Assembly: GCF_014280175.1 (NCBI RefSeq) | Contig: NZ_CP047931.1 | Location: 690,001-722,000 of the forward strand | Length of the DNA: 32,000 bases | Direction: 5' to 3' | Source of the DNA: Synechococcus sp. A15-28 | GTDB lineage: Bacteria > Cyanobacteriota > Cyanobacteriia > PCC-6307 > Cyanobiaceae | Shown here: one piece after another, positions 8,840 through 18,864 of the stretch | How positions within the stretch are numbered: the stretch's first letter is position 1 | Layout of the letters: every line of letters begins with the position of its first letter | Translations under genes and position numbers: made by a program | Notes under the pieces: generated by a model | Seen by the model: the letters and a program-made list of their open reading frames with translations, nothing else | What the model was told of the DNA's origin: nothing | The model's database searches: none

Positions 8840-10363
8840 TCAGGGACGACGCCAGAGCAGTCCGTCACGGGCCAGCAGGGCATCAGCGGCGGCAGGTCCC
8901 CAGGTGCGGGATTCGTAGGGGTGGATCGGCAGCTGCCAAGGGCTGTCTTCGATCAGCTCCAGCAGCGGTGTGTACAGACGCCAGGCCGCTTCCACCTCGT
9001 CGCTCCGGGTGAACAGGGTCGGATCACTGAGCATGGCGTCGGCCAGGAGGCGCACATAGCCCTCATCGGAGGGCTCTCCGAAGGACTCGTCGTAGGAGAA
9101 CTCCATGTCGATCGGTCTGCTGCGCATGCCGGAACCGGGCGATTTCACCTCGAAACGGAATTCCGCACCTTCATCGGGCTGGATTCGCAGGATCAGCTGG
9201 TTGGCTGTGGGGCCACCGGTGGCTGCATCGAAGAGATGCACTGGTGCCTCGCGGAAGGTGAGCACCACCTCGCTGAGGCGCTTGGCCAGCCTCTTTCCGG
9301 TTCGCACGTAGAAGGGAACCCCCTGCCAGCGCCAGTTGTCGATGAACAGCTTCATGGCGACGTAGGTCTCCGTGGTGCTGTTCGGATCGACGCCCGGTTC
9401 CTGGCGGTATCCGGCTAACGGCGACTCATGGCTGCCGCCGGGGCCGTACTGGCCGCGGATGCAGCAGTTCCATGGTTCCTGCTCGTCGGCCAGTCGTGCC
9501 GCCTGGAGCACCTTGGCTTTTTCGTTGCGGATCGCTTCGGGGTCAAACCGACCGGGTGGTTCCATGGCGGTGATGGCCAGCATCTGGGTCAGGTGGTTCT
9601 GCACCATGTCCCGCAGGGCTCCTGAGCTTTCGTAGTACCCGGCGCGTTCCTCGACACCGACGGTCTCGGCTGCGGTGATCTGAACACTGGAGATGTAGTT
9701 CCGGTTCCAGATCGGCTCGAAAATCGTGTTGGCAAAGCGCAACACCATGATGTTCTGGACCGTCTCCTTGCCCAGGTAGTGGTCAATCCTGAAGATCTGG
9801 TTCTCCTGTCCGCAGCTCTTCACAACGCGGTTCAGGGCTTGAGCACTGCCGTAGTCCCGGCCGAAGGGCTTCTCGATCACCACACGGCTGCGCTGGGGAT
9901 CCTTCAACAGCCCTGCGTCCGCCAGCGCGCGACAGCCACTGCCGTAAAACTTCGGTGACACCGACAGGTAAAAGGTCCGGTTGCCGCGGGTGGCGCACTG
10001 CTGGTCAATGGTCTCCAGGCGCCCGCCCAGGCGAACCACGTCCTCCGGTTTCTGTAGATCGACGGGCTCGTAGAACAACTTCGACGCGAACTGATCCCAG
10101 GCCTCCTGGTTCTCAGCGATCTTGCTCGCCAGAGCCTCAGCCATCTTTCCCCGGAACTCCTCGTCGCTCCAGGGCCGGCGAGCGCAGCCCAGAAGGGCGA
10201 ATTCGCTGGGGAGTCTGCGCTGCTTGAACAGTTCGAACAGTGCGGGGACCAATTTGCGGTGTGTCAGGTCACCACTGGCGCCGAAAATCACCAGACATTG
10301 GGGTGCAATGACCCGTTCCTGTCGGAGTCCGACCCGCAGGGGGTTGGTGGCGGTGGCGACCAT
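8840..10363 (-). CDS. zwf: Glucose-6-phosphate 1-dehydrogenase
   Basis: NADP-binding motif FGASGDLTHRKL, active-site motif RIDHYLGKE, and 507 aa. Confidence 0.95.
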   Translation of the reverse strand: MVATATNPLRVGLRQERVIAPQCLVIFGASGDLTHRKLVPALFELFKQRRLPSEFALLGCARRPWSDEEFRGKMAEALASKIAENQEAWDQFASKLFYEPVDLQKPEDVVRLGGRLETIDQQCATRGNRTFYLSVSPKFYGSGCRALADAGLLKDPQRSRVVIEKPFGRDYGSAQALNRVVKSCGQENQIFRIDHYLGKETVQNIMVLRFANTIFEPIWNRNYISSVQITAAETVGVEERAGYYESSGALRDMVQNHLTQMLAITAMEPPGRFDPEAIRNEKAKVLQAARLADEQEPWNCCIRGQYGPGGSHESPLAGYRQEPGVDPNSTTETYVAMKLFIDNWRWQGVPFYVRTGKRLAKRLSEVVLTFREAPVHLFDAATGGPTANQLILRIQPDEGAEFRFEVKSPGSGMRSRPIDMEFSYDESFGEPSDEGYVRLLADAMLSDPTLFTRSDEVEAAWRLYTPLLELIEDSPWQLPIHPYESRTWGPAAADALLARDGLLWRRP

Positions 10364-10462
10364 CGAGCCTTGGCATCTGACGAAGGTTTAGGCACGGAAC
10401 GGGAAATCAACAGTGCCCCAGATCAACCCACCCTGTTTTTTGGCCCGTTTTGTTGCCAAGCG

Positions 10463-10490
10463 AAAAAAAAGGACCACCGAAAGGTGGTCC
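10463..10490 (-). terminator. Rho-independent terminator downstream of petH
   Basis: On the minus strand: GGACCACC-TTTC-GGTGGTCC, an 8-bp perfect GC-rich stem, followed directly by TTTTTTTT. It lies 31 nt after the petH stop. Confidence 0.8.
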
Positions 10491-10520
10491 TTGATGGAGT
10501 GATGCTTCAGCCGAAGCTGA

Positions 10521-11714
<1,194 letters not shown>

Positions 11715-11903
11715 CTATAGGGGTGCTTCTTTAGGAGGCTTGATTCAGTTGCTATTTGCCACAACGGGCGATGTCGTCTGGACGACTTCCGTAAGATCTG
11801 ATCGGACTAGCTCTGAACACCAGACCCGTTGACTCCACTCCAGGCGCTGTTTCCAGGTGGACTTCGTTCCTCCAGTCACCAGAGCGAAACCATCGAACAG
11901 ACG

Positions 11904-12371
11904 ATGGAGCGTCTGCCGGGAGGAGCTCGTCGCCTTGCGGTTCAGCTGAAAAGCTCCATTGCAGCGGACGTGTTCTGGGATGTCCTGACCGATTACACCC
12001 ATCTGGCAGATTTCATCCCCAACCTCAGCTCCAGCGAGCTGGTGATGCGGAAAGGTGAGACGGTTCGTCTGCAGCAGGTTGGCTGCCAGCAGCTGCTGGG
12101 ACTGCGGTTTTCTGCACAGGTGTTGCTTGAACTTCGCGAGTTCAGGCCTGAAGGCTTGCTCCGTTTTGAGATGTTGAAGGGGGATTTCCGACGCTTTGAG
12201 GGGTCGTGGCAAGTGAGAACTCTGGCGGAGGGTTCCTCCCTGCTGTATGAGCTGACGGTGCAGGGTTGTCTGGGGATGCCGATCGGATTGATTGAGGAAC
12301 GACTGCGTGAGGATCTCAGCAGCAATCTTTTCGCTGTGGAGCGGGAAGCACTCCGCCGTTGCGAGTACTGA
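11904..12371 (+). CDS. SRPBCC (START/cyclase-dehydrase, polyketide_cyc2-like) family protein. ATG 11904 is preferred; the alternative is TTG 11829.
   Basis: IAADVFWDVLTDYTHLADFIPNL ... FEMLKGDFRRFEGSWQV fits the cyclase/dehydrase pattern. Confidence 0.65.
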   Translation: MERLPGGARRLAVQLKSSIAADVFWDVLTDYTHLADFIPNLSSSELVMRKGETVRLQQVGCQQLLGLRFSAQVLLELREFRPEGLLRFEMLKGDFRRFEGSWQVRTLAEGSSLLYELTVQGCLGMPIGLIEERLREDLSSNLFAVEREALRRCEY

Positions 12372-12423
12372 ATCTTCGTAATCAATGTTGGTGAACAACA
12401 CCAACTGTTCTTTATTCCTTCAA

Positions 12424-12496
12424 TACCCCCAAGGGGATTCGAACCCCTGTCGCCTCCGTGAAAGGGAGGTGTCCTAGGCCTCTAGACGATGGGGGC
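12424..12496 (-). tRNA. tRNA-Glu (anticodon UUC); CCA not encoded
   Basis: The reverse complement reads GCCCCCATCGTCTAGAGGCCTAGGACACCTCCCTTTCACGGAGGCGACAGGGGTTCGAATCCCCTTGGGGGTA. It has a 7-bp acceptor stem, the anticodon loop CUUUCAC, and a GGTTCGAATCC T-arm. It is nearly collinear with E. coli tRNA-Glu as I recall it. Confidence 0.95.
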
Positions 12497-12543
12497 GAGG
12501 CCGTGATCGAGGAGGCATCTGTGCTCCTCATCACCAAGACAAA

Positions 12544-13695
12544 CTACGGCTCGAGCTCTCCCTCCGTCAAGACAGCCTGCCCCCATTCCTGCCCCTGGCC
12601 TTGCCAGATCGGCACAGTGAAGGTGAAGCAGGCACCCTCTCCTGGCTCGGAGACGACCCAGATCCGTCCCCCATGCACTTCCACGATGCGGCGACAGACG
12701 GATAAGCCCACGCCGAACCCTGTGGTGCGATCGGAGGTCTGAGGCAGGCGAACCCGATCCAGAAAGATCCGCTGCTGCTCTTCGGTGGGGATGCCAGGTC
12801 CGCTGTCACAGACACTCACCTCAACCCTCTGACTGGTGCGGTGGAGCATGGTGAGGGTGATGTGCCCTCCATTGCCGGTGTACTTGAGAGCGTTCTCCAA
12901 CAGATTCAGCAACACCTGTCGCATGCGGCGCTGATCAGCGAAGACCTTGGGGAGATCGCCAGGGATATCGGTTCTGATCTCGACGTTCCGGCCCAGCCAG
13001 AGTTTTTCCAGTTCGAGGATCACCTCCGCCGACACGCTGGCCAAATCCAGGCGTTGGGGATTGAACAGCGTTTCCCAACGCGTGGTGCCCACTTCAAGCA
13101 GATCCTTGGACAAGGCTTCCATCTCCTCAAGCCGCCGCGTGATCACGTCCTGGAAGCGGTTCATATCGATCTGTCCCAGCCTCTGGCTCTGAAGGGCCAG
13201 GGCTGCTGCCGTGAGCGGAGTCCTTAATTCGTGGGCCACCATCCTCAGCAGCCGCTCCTGGGCGTGGATCCTGTCGATCAGGGTCTCGTTCTCCTGGCGC
13301 AGCACCAGGAGCTGATCTTCGAGTTGAAGTTCCTTCTGGGTGCGGCTGCCGTCCAGCTCAGTGGGCCTCAGGCTGAGCCCCAATCCGCTCACCACGCCGT
13401 CCTGTTGCCAGCGGGGCACCCATCCCTTGAGTTGCTGAAGAATGTTGCTGCCGGCGAAGACCTGCTTTGGTGAAGGGGACAGCTTGATCAGGGCCGGTGT
13501 GATCACAAGCCTGTGGAGCTCCAGCAGTTCCGGCTGCTGCGATGGATCCGCCACTTGCAGGGTCACCTGGAATCCGACGTCATCACGCTCCAGGTAGTGA
13601 ACGACGGATCTCAGGTCTGGGCCGGAGAGGTGATGGCGTGCTGCCACCAGCAGGAGTTTCAGCCGCTGGCGACCCTTGGGATCGTCCTCCCCCAC
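12544..13695 (-). CDS. sasA: Circadian clock output sensor histidine kinase SasA (KaiB-like N-terminal domain + HisKA + HATPase)
   Basis: The N-terminal KaiB-like thioredoxin fold reads [11 protein letters not shown] ... [10 protein letters not shown]. The H-box is [11 protein letters not shown], the N-box [12 protein letters not shown], and the G-boxes DSGPGIP and GFGVGLSV. Confidence 0.9.
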   Translation of the reverse strand: MGEDDPKGRQRLKLLLVAARHHLSGPDLRSVVHYLERDDVGFQVTLQVADPSQQPELLELHRLVITPALIKLSPSPKQVFAGSNILQQLKGWVPRWQQDGVVSGLGLSLRPTELDGSRTQKELQLEDQLLVLRQENETLIDRIHAQERLLRMVAHELRTPLTAAALALQSQRLGQIDMNRFQDVITRRLEEMEALSKDLLEVGTTRWETLFNPQRLDLASVSAEVILELEKLWLGRNVEIRTDIPGDLPKVFADQRRMRQVLLNLLENALKYTGNGGHITLTMLHRTSQRVEVSVCDSGPGIPTEEQQRIFLDRVRLPQTSDRTTGFGVGLSVCRRIVEVHGGRIWVVSEPGEGACFTFTVPIWQGQGQEWGQAVLTEGELEP

Positions 13696-13801
13696 GGCTC
13701 AGGATTCATACAAAACTGAGGCTCACCTTATGGGTTTTTGACTCGTGCGCCATCCGGGCTAAGACAACTAGGAGCACACCGACGCCTCGCCGACACGGTT
13801 C

Positions 13802-14389
13802 ATGTCGCTTTTTTCCGCGCAAAATCGTGTCCCGCTCGCGGTTCCCGGGTCCAACTCAGGCTCACCCTCCATCCAGGTGGATAGCAACCTGCGCCGGTGG
13901 TTTGGTCGCAACCTCGGTATCTGGCGCTCCCGCAGGCAGTACACCTTCAACGATGACCAGGTGATGCACGTTGATATGCATTTGAAAATGGAAGCCTTCG
14001 CAGAGCCATCAGCTGGTGAAAGCCGCTATCGCTTCAGCTGGTGGTCTGATGAAAGCAACCAGCATTCAGATGAGTTTTTCGCACGCAAGCCTTGGTATGA
14101 GCGCAGCGGTGTGATGGAAGCCACACTCTGGGGGCATCAACTGCAGCGCAGTCGCGGTTATCTGAACACCGATCCCGTGCGCACTCGTCTGCGTCAGGTG
14201 GATGAACACGAAACGATTCTTGAGTCCCACTATCAGCAGTGGGACATCCTTGAGCACATCCGTCTTGTGGACCAGGACCGCTACCGCTACCGCGCGATCT
14301 ACAGCTGGGAGAACGGGGAGCTGGCGATCGTTGAGCACCATCACGAAATCAGGGTGTCTGATCCACTTCCCCTGATCAAGGAGGATTGA
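13802..14389 (+). CDS. CpcS/CpeS-family (lipocalin-fold phycobiliprotein-lyase-like) protein with ~28-aa N-terminal extension
   Basis: WFGRNLGIWRSRRQY matches the family block FF..S.G.WRSQRT. LQRSRGYLN matches LLRERGYAE. EHIRLVDQDRYRYR matches ERFWF...N.RLRTS. The alignment is from memory of CpcS sequences. Confidence 0.55.
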   Translation: MSLFSAQNRVPLAVPGSNSGSPSIQVDSNLRRWFGRNLGIWRSRRQYTFNDDQVMHVDMHLKMEAFAEPSAGESRYRFSWWSDESNQHSDEFFARKPWYERSGVMEATLWGHQLQRSRGYLNTDPVRTRLRQVDEHETILESHYQQWDILEHIRLVDQDRYRYRAIYSWENGELAIVEHHHEIRVSDPLPLIKED

Positions 14390-14545
14390 GTCAGGCCAGT
14401 CAGCCCTGGCCCAGTCCTCCTCATGTCCAATCACCTCTTGGATTTGCAGGAAAACCGCAACAGGATGTCCCAGTTCAAAAAGCGATCACTGCAGCGCGCT
14501 GGAACAGTAGCCTCGTCGCTAAAATGAAGCACATTCTCTAATTTC

Positions 14546-14956
14546 ATGAGGAAATATTTTTTCTCGGTCGCGTTATTAGCTAATTCATTGTTATTCGGTT
14601 CAGCTCCGGTTTTGGCGCAATCAGCAGCCGGTGGTACGAAGCCTGCCACTGCTAATGATATCAATACATACATGACGATTTCGATTGTCACCTTCTGCGA
14701 GGCCAGGGGGCAAGGGATCAGTTTCGACAAATCGATTCCAGTGGCGCTTGCTGGTCAGGCTTCTGCTGTTTTTCAGAAGCATGGTGGTGTCGTCCCTGGC
14801 TCCAGTCAGCCCCTTACGGAAGAGCAGTTCTTCAAAACGTCACCCTTCATGCTGGTGGGGGGCGCTATGAAGGTCTGCAAGGATCAAGTTCCTGCCGATC
14901 AGCAGAAAAAGTTTGAGAAGGCAGCTGCAGAGCTGAAAGCTCGTTCAAAGAAGTAA
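14546..14956 (+). CDS. Small secreted hypothetical protein (signal peptide), in an AT-richer islet
   Basis: MRKYFFSVALLANSLLFGSAPVLA/QS looks like a Sec signal peptide. It has 2 Cys and a Lys-rich C-terminus. It is preferred over the overlapping minus-strand ORF 14431..14730. Confidence 0.5.
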   Translation: MRKYFFSVALLANSLLFGSAPVLAQSAAGGTKPATANDINTYMTISIVTFCEARGQGISFDKSIPVALAGQASAVFQKHGGVVPGSSQPLTEEQFFKTSPFMLVGGAMKVCKDQVPADQQKKFEKAAAELKARSKK

Positions 14957-15092
14957 ATTCTGATCATCCGGTATCGATACGATCATTGGTCAATGATATG
15001 CATCTGAAAATGCCTTTTCAAGGCTGTAATTTCTATTGATACTATTCCACTCGTTCGCTAGCTAGATTCTTCTGCAACTGTCTTAGAAAAAT

Positions 15093-17696
15093 ATGGTTTC
15101 AGCAATTCCCGTCCGCCTGTCGGATTACAGGCCATGGCTCTTTGTCATGCCAAAAATTCGGTTGGATGTGGAAATCAGCCCAAGCGATGTGTTCGTAACC
15201 AGTCGGCTGGAGCTTGAGCCGCGTCTTGGTGCTGAGAGCCTCCAGCTCCGCGGGGTAGATCTTGAAATCCGCAGCCTCAAGCTTGATGGTGAGGATCTCG
15301 CCAGTGATGCCTACAGCTACGTCGATCAGCTGCTGACGATCCCTGCTCCACCGGACAAGCTCTTTGTTCTGGAGACCTGTTGCCGCATTGATCCCTACTC
15401 CAACAGCTCTCTTGAGGGTCTGTATGCCAGTGGTGGCCTGCTGAGCACTCAATGTGAGGCGGAGGGATTCCGGCGGATCACGTTTCATCCGGATCGCCCT
15501 GATGTGCTCAGTCGCTGGACGGTACGCGTCGAAGCGGATCGGAGCAGCTGTCCTGTGCTGCTCAGCAATGGCAATGCCGTGTCCAAAGAGGATCTGGCAG
15601 ATGGACGCCATGCCGTTACCTGGGAGGATCCTTTCCCCAAGCCCTCCTATCTATTCGCTCTCGTCGCAGGAGATCTTCGCGAGATCCGCGATCAGTTCAC
15701 GACGGCATCCGGACGCGCGGTAACACTGCGCCTGCACGTGGAGGAGGGGGATGAGCCCTTCACCGCCCATGCCATCGAGTCCCTGAAGCGTTCCATGGCA
15801 TGGGATGAGCAGGTGTATCAGCTTGAGTACGACCTCGATGAGTACAACATCGTTGCGGTGCGCCACTTCAATATGGGCGCGATGGAGAACAAAAGTCTCA
15901 ACATCTTTAATTCAAAGCTGGTGCTGGCTGATGCCGAAACGGCCACGGATGCTGAGCTGGAGCGGATCGAAAGTGTGATTGCCCATGAATACTTCCACAA
16001 CTGGAGCGGCAACCGGATCACCTGCCGTGACTGGTTTCAACTCTCTCTGAAGGAAGGTCTCACCGTCTTCCGTGATCAAAGCTTCACGGCCGACCTTCAT
16101 TCCGCAGCGGTCAAGCGGATTGAGGATGTGGCGATGCTGCGCAACACCCAGTTCCGGGAAGATGCAGGGCCGACGGCGCATCCGGTAAAACCAGCTGAAT
16201 ATCAGGCGATTGACAACTTCTACACAACGACCATCTACGAGAAAGGCGCGGAACTGATTCGCATGCTGCACACCCTGCTGGGGCAGGAGCGGTTCATGCG
16301 AGGAATGGCGATCTATGTCAGTCGTTTTGACGGAACGGCCGCCACCACAGAAGATTTCGTGCAATCCATCGTCGATGGCGCCGCTCAAAACGGTGAACCG
16401 CTTGGATTTGACCCGGAGCAGTTCAAGCGTTGGTATCACCAGGCTGGGACTCCCGAGCTGAAGGTTCAGCGACGGTGGGACACCGAAAAGGGACAGTTAA
16501 CACTCGAGCTTCAACAGAGCACGCCGCCAACCCCCGGCCAGGCTGAGAAGCAGCCGCTTGTGCTGCCGATCGCCGTGGCGCTGGTGGGTGAGCAGGGTCG
16601 CATTGGCGATGAACAACTCTTGGTGATGAACGCTGAGAAGGCCAGCTTCACGCTTCAAGCTGAGCCCGGACCTGAGGCACCGGCTCTTTCGCTTCTACGC
16701 CGCTTCTCGGCACCGGTGAACGTGCAGCTGGAACAGCCGTTGCAGGAATCGCTGCAGCTGCTCGCCCACGATGATGACCCCTTCAGTCGATGGGATGCCG
16801 GGCAGCGGCTGGCACGACAGGTGTTGCTAGCCCGCGCCGCCGATCAACCTGATGCGACGGTCGAAACGGCTTTGATTTCGGCCTTGCGCCAACGCCTGTC
16901 CGCCTACGGAGGGTCGGGTGGCCAGGACCTCGCCATTCTTCTGGCCCTGCCAGGCACCGCCGAACTGGAGGCCCTGCAGAACCCGGTGGATCCTCTGGCC
17001 CTCTACGCGGCGAGACTGGAGTGGATCGCGGACCTGGGGCGCCATCTTTCCGATCCGTTGCACCGACTTCTTGAAAGATGTCGCGGGGATTGGGGGCAGG
17101 CCTGGCCCGAGGGACAGGGCGCGCGCTCGCTCACGGGGCTCGCCTGGGCTTGGCTGGCCGCCGCGGGTGACGCTGAAGCCCGACAACAAGCGCTCGAGGC
17201 GGTGTCAGGACCGTCGATGACGCTGGCACGGGCCGCTTTGCGGGCATTACAGCCCCTGGAGGTTGGCGAACGGGATCAGGCGCTGGAGCGTTTCTATCAA
17301 CGCTGGCAGGACAAGCCGGTGATTCTCGATGCCTGGTTTTCCCTTGAAGCGTCCGCTCCGCGACAGGACGGCCTGCAGCGGGTCAAGGACCTGCTGGAGC
17401 ATCCCCGTTTCGATCCACTGGCACCCAACTCTCTTCGGGCAGTGCTGGGGGGATTCACCGCCAACGTTCCGGTGTTTCATGCGATCGATGGCAGTGGCTA
17501 TCGCTTCATGGCCGATCAGATCGCTGCCGTGGATGCCCGCAACCCCATCACAGCCTCGCGGATGGCCAAAGTGTTCAGCCGCTGGAGCAGTTACGGTCCG
17601 GAGCGTCAGTCGGCCATGCGCCAGGCCATCGACGGCCTGGCGGCGGCTGACTTGTCAGCGAATACAGCTGAGGTGGTGGCCATGCTCAGGACGTGA
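15093..17696 (+). CDS. pepN: Aminopeptidase N (M1 family zinc metallopeptidase)
   Basis: GAMEN exopeptidase motif (NMGAMENKSLN) and zincin motif HEYFHNWSGN...18...LKEGLTVF. 867 aa. Confidence 0.95.
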   Translation: MVSAIPVRLSDYRPWLFVMPKIRLDVEISPSDVFVTSRLELEPRLGAESLQLRGVDLEIRSLKLDGEDLASDAYSYVDQLLTIPAPPDKLFVLETCCRIDPYSNSSLEGLYASGGLLSTQCEAEGFRRITFHPDRPDVLSRWTVRVEADRSSCPVLLSNGNAVSKEDLADGRHAVTWEDPFPKPSYLFALVAGDLREIRDQFTTASGRAVTLRLHVEEGDEPFTAHAIESLKRSMAWDEQVYQLEYDLDEYNIVAVRHFNMGAMENKSLNIFNSKLVLADAETATDAELERIESVIAHEYFHNWSGNRITCRDWFQLSLKEGLTVFRDQSFTADLHSAAVKRIEDVAMLRNTQFREDAGPTAHPVKPAEYQAIDNFYTTTIYEKGAELIRMLHTLLGQERFMRGMAIYVSRFDGTAATTEDFVQSIVDGAAQNGEPLGFDPEQFKRWYHQAGTPELKVQRRWDTEKGQLTLELQQSTPPTPGQAEKQPLVLPIAVALVGEQGRIGDEQLLVMNAEKASFTLQAEPGPEAPALSLLRRFSAPVNVQLEQPLQESLQLLAHDDDPFSRWDAGQRLARQVLLARAADQPDATVETALISALRQRLSAYGGSGGQDLAILLALPGTAELEALQNPVDPLALYAARLEWIADLGRHLSDPLHRLLERCRGDWGQAWPEGQGARSLTGLAWAWLAAAGDAEARQQALEAVSGPSMTLARAALRALQPLEVGERDQALERFYQRWQDKPVILDAWFSLEASAPRQDGLQRVKDLLEHPRFDPLAPNSLRAVLGGFTANVPVFHAIDGSGYRFMADQIAAVDARNPITASRMAKVFSRWSSYGPERQSAMRQAIDGLAAADLSANTAEVVAMLRT

Positions 17697-17982
17697 GCAC
17701 CACCACGGCGACGGCAACACCGACCAGCAGAAGAATCCAGATCAGCGGCTGGCGAGCAAGTTGAGGAGTTTGGATGCTCCGACGCTGGCGTCGTCGACTC
17801 CGACTCGGTCGGCTTCCTGCGGCTAGGCCGCAGGATTGACAGATCAGACGACCGGCCAGAGCACGGTCCGCCCTGAAACGGCGGCTCCCACAGTTCTGGC
17901 AGACACTGGTCACCTCGCAACCACGGCACACTTCACCAGCATGACGCGCCACAGCACACAGGCTCAAGACGGGGCTCTCCAA
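17686..17982 (-). CDS. Possible zinc-ribbon protein with C-terminal transmembrane anchor. Start is uncertain: TTG 17982, GTG 17952 or GTG 17931.
   Basis: Three CxxC pairs (CRGC-x6-CQNC ... CQSC), then an Arg-rich linker (SRPSRSRRRQRRS), then the hydrophobic helix LIWILLLVGVAVAVVVL. It overlaps the pepN 3' end by 11 nt. Confidence 0.4.
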   Translation of the reverse strand: MESPVLSLCAVARHAGEVCRGCEVTSVCQNCGSRRFRADRALAGRLICQSCGLAAGSRPSRSRRRQRRSIQTPQLARQPLIWILLLVGVAVAVVVLTS

Positions 17983-18696
17983 CCGTTGCTGGAGCGTCTG
18001 CCCCCAGCGCGTTCAGGGTGGCGACAGCTCGTCATCGTGATGGGACAGCTGGGCGATTTCGATTCGATGGAATACGCCCAAGCGTTGGTGCCCCGCTTGG
18101 CTGAACTTGAAGCGGCGCGCATCGATCTCCTGGCATTCGCCATCGGAGATCAAGGAAGTGCTGAGCGCTTCTGTGGGTTCACCGGATTTCCGCAGCAATG
18201 CCTTGAGGTTGATCCCCATCCGGGCCTGCATAAAGATCTTGGGCTGTACCCAGGGCTGAAGGCTCCCGGCGGCCCCTGGCCAGGATTTTTGCTGATGTGT
18301 GCTGGCATCGGCTCCCCGGGGACGTTGCAGGAGGTGTTGCGCGGTTACACCGGTGATCGCTCGGCTCCGCAGATCTTTGCCGATGACGAGGAGGTGAAGG
18401 CCTGGCCTTTGCCGGCTTTTTCTGCAGCCATGTTTGCTCGAGCCGGTGGACGGGGATTCCAACGGCCCTTCGAACTCGCGACGAAGAGGCTGCGAAACAT
18501 GGGCGAAGTGCTTGGCCATTGGCGCACCTATGTGCCCACCGATGATCACATCTCCCAGCGGGGAGGGACGTTTCTGATCGATGAAGACGGCTTTCTGCTC
18601 TATGAGTGGCGGGACACACACCTGCTGGGTTTTGCTGCCGACATGGCAATGCCGTTGGCCTTCCTTGAGCCATACCTCAGTATTGATCCCGGTTAA
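17941..18696 (+). CDS. AhpC/TSA-like (PF13911-type) thioredoxin-fold protein. ATG 17941 is preferred over the track start at 17836.
   Basis: LVIVMGQLGDFDSMEYA ... FLIDEDGFLLYEWRD fits the peroxiredoxin-like family layout. The position where a peroxidatic Cys would be expected reads GDFDS, with no Cys. Confidence 0.55.
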   Translation: MTRHSTQAQDGALQPLLERLPPARSGWRQLVIVMGQLGDFDSMEYAQALVPRLAELEAARIDLLAFAIGDQGSAERFCGFTGFPQQCLEVDPHPGLHKDLGLYPGLKAPGGPWPGFLLMCAGIGSPGTLQEVLRGYTGDRSAPQIFADDEEVKAWPLPAFSAAMFARAGGRGFQRPFELATKRLRNMGEVLGHWRTYVPTDDHISQRGGTFLIDEDGFLLYEWRDTHLLGFAADMAMPLAFLEPYLSIDPG

Positions 18697-18864
18697 ATTC
18701 AGCTTCTCGGCACTCCAACAATGGCCTCCGGTTTCAGCGACCTTTCCCTTGGCAATAGCGATAAAGCCAAGGTGAAACTTCCCAAGGGGTTTGGTTCCTC
18801 CGATGTGGTTAGCACAGTTGTTGAGCTGGTCACCAATAACAAACTTGGTGACTCCTCCATTTAG

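Noticed and set aside
11745-12404. 219-aa minus-strand ORF covering the SRPBCC locus.
   Set aside because: The plus-strand frame carries the cyclase/dehydrase pattern. The minus-strand product has no motif and odd composition, and it would run into the tRNA-Glu gene region.
12372-12543. tRNA-Glu as a possible integration hotspot or island boundary.
   Set aside because: Both flanks (the SRPBCC gene and sasA) are core-like with normal composition. No integrase and no direct repeat of the tRNA 3' end was seen.
14431-14730. 99-aa minus-strand ORF overlapping the secreted-protein gene.
   Set aside because: The plus-strand ORF has a canonical signal peptide and extends further. The minus-strand ORF has no start context or motif. 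This rejection is not certain.
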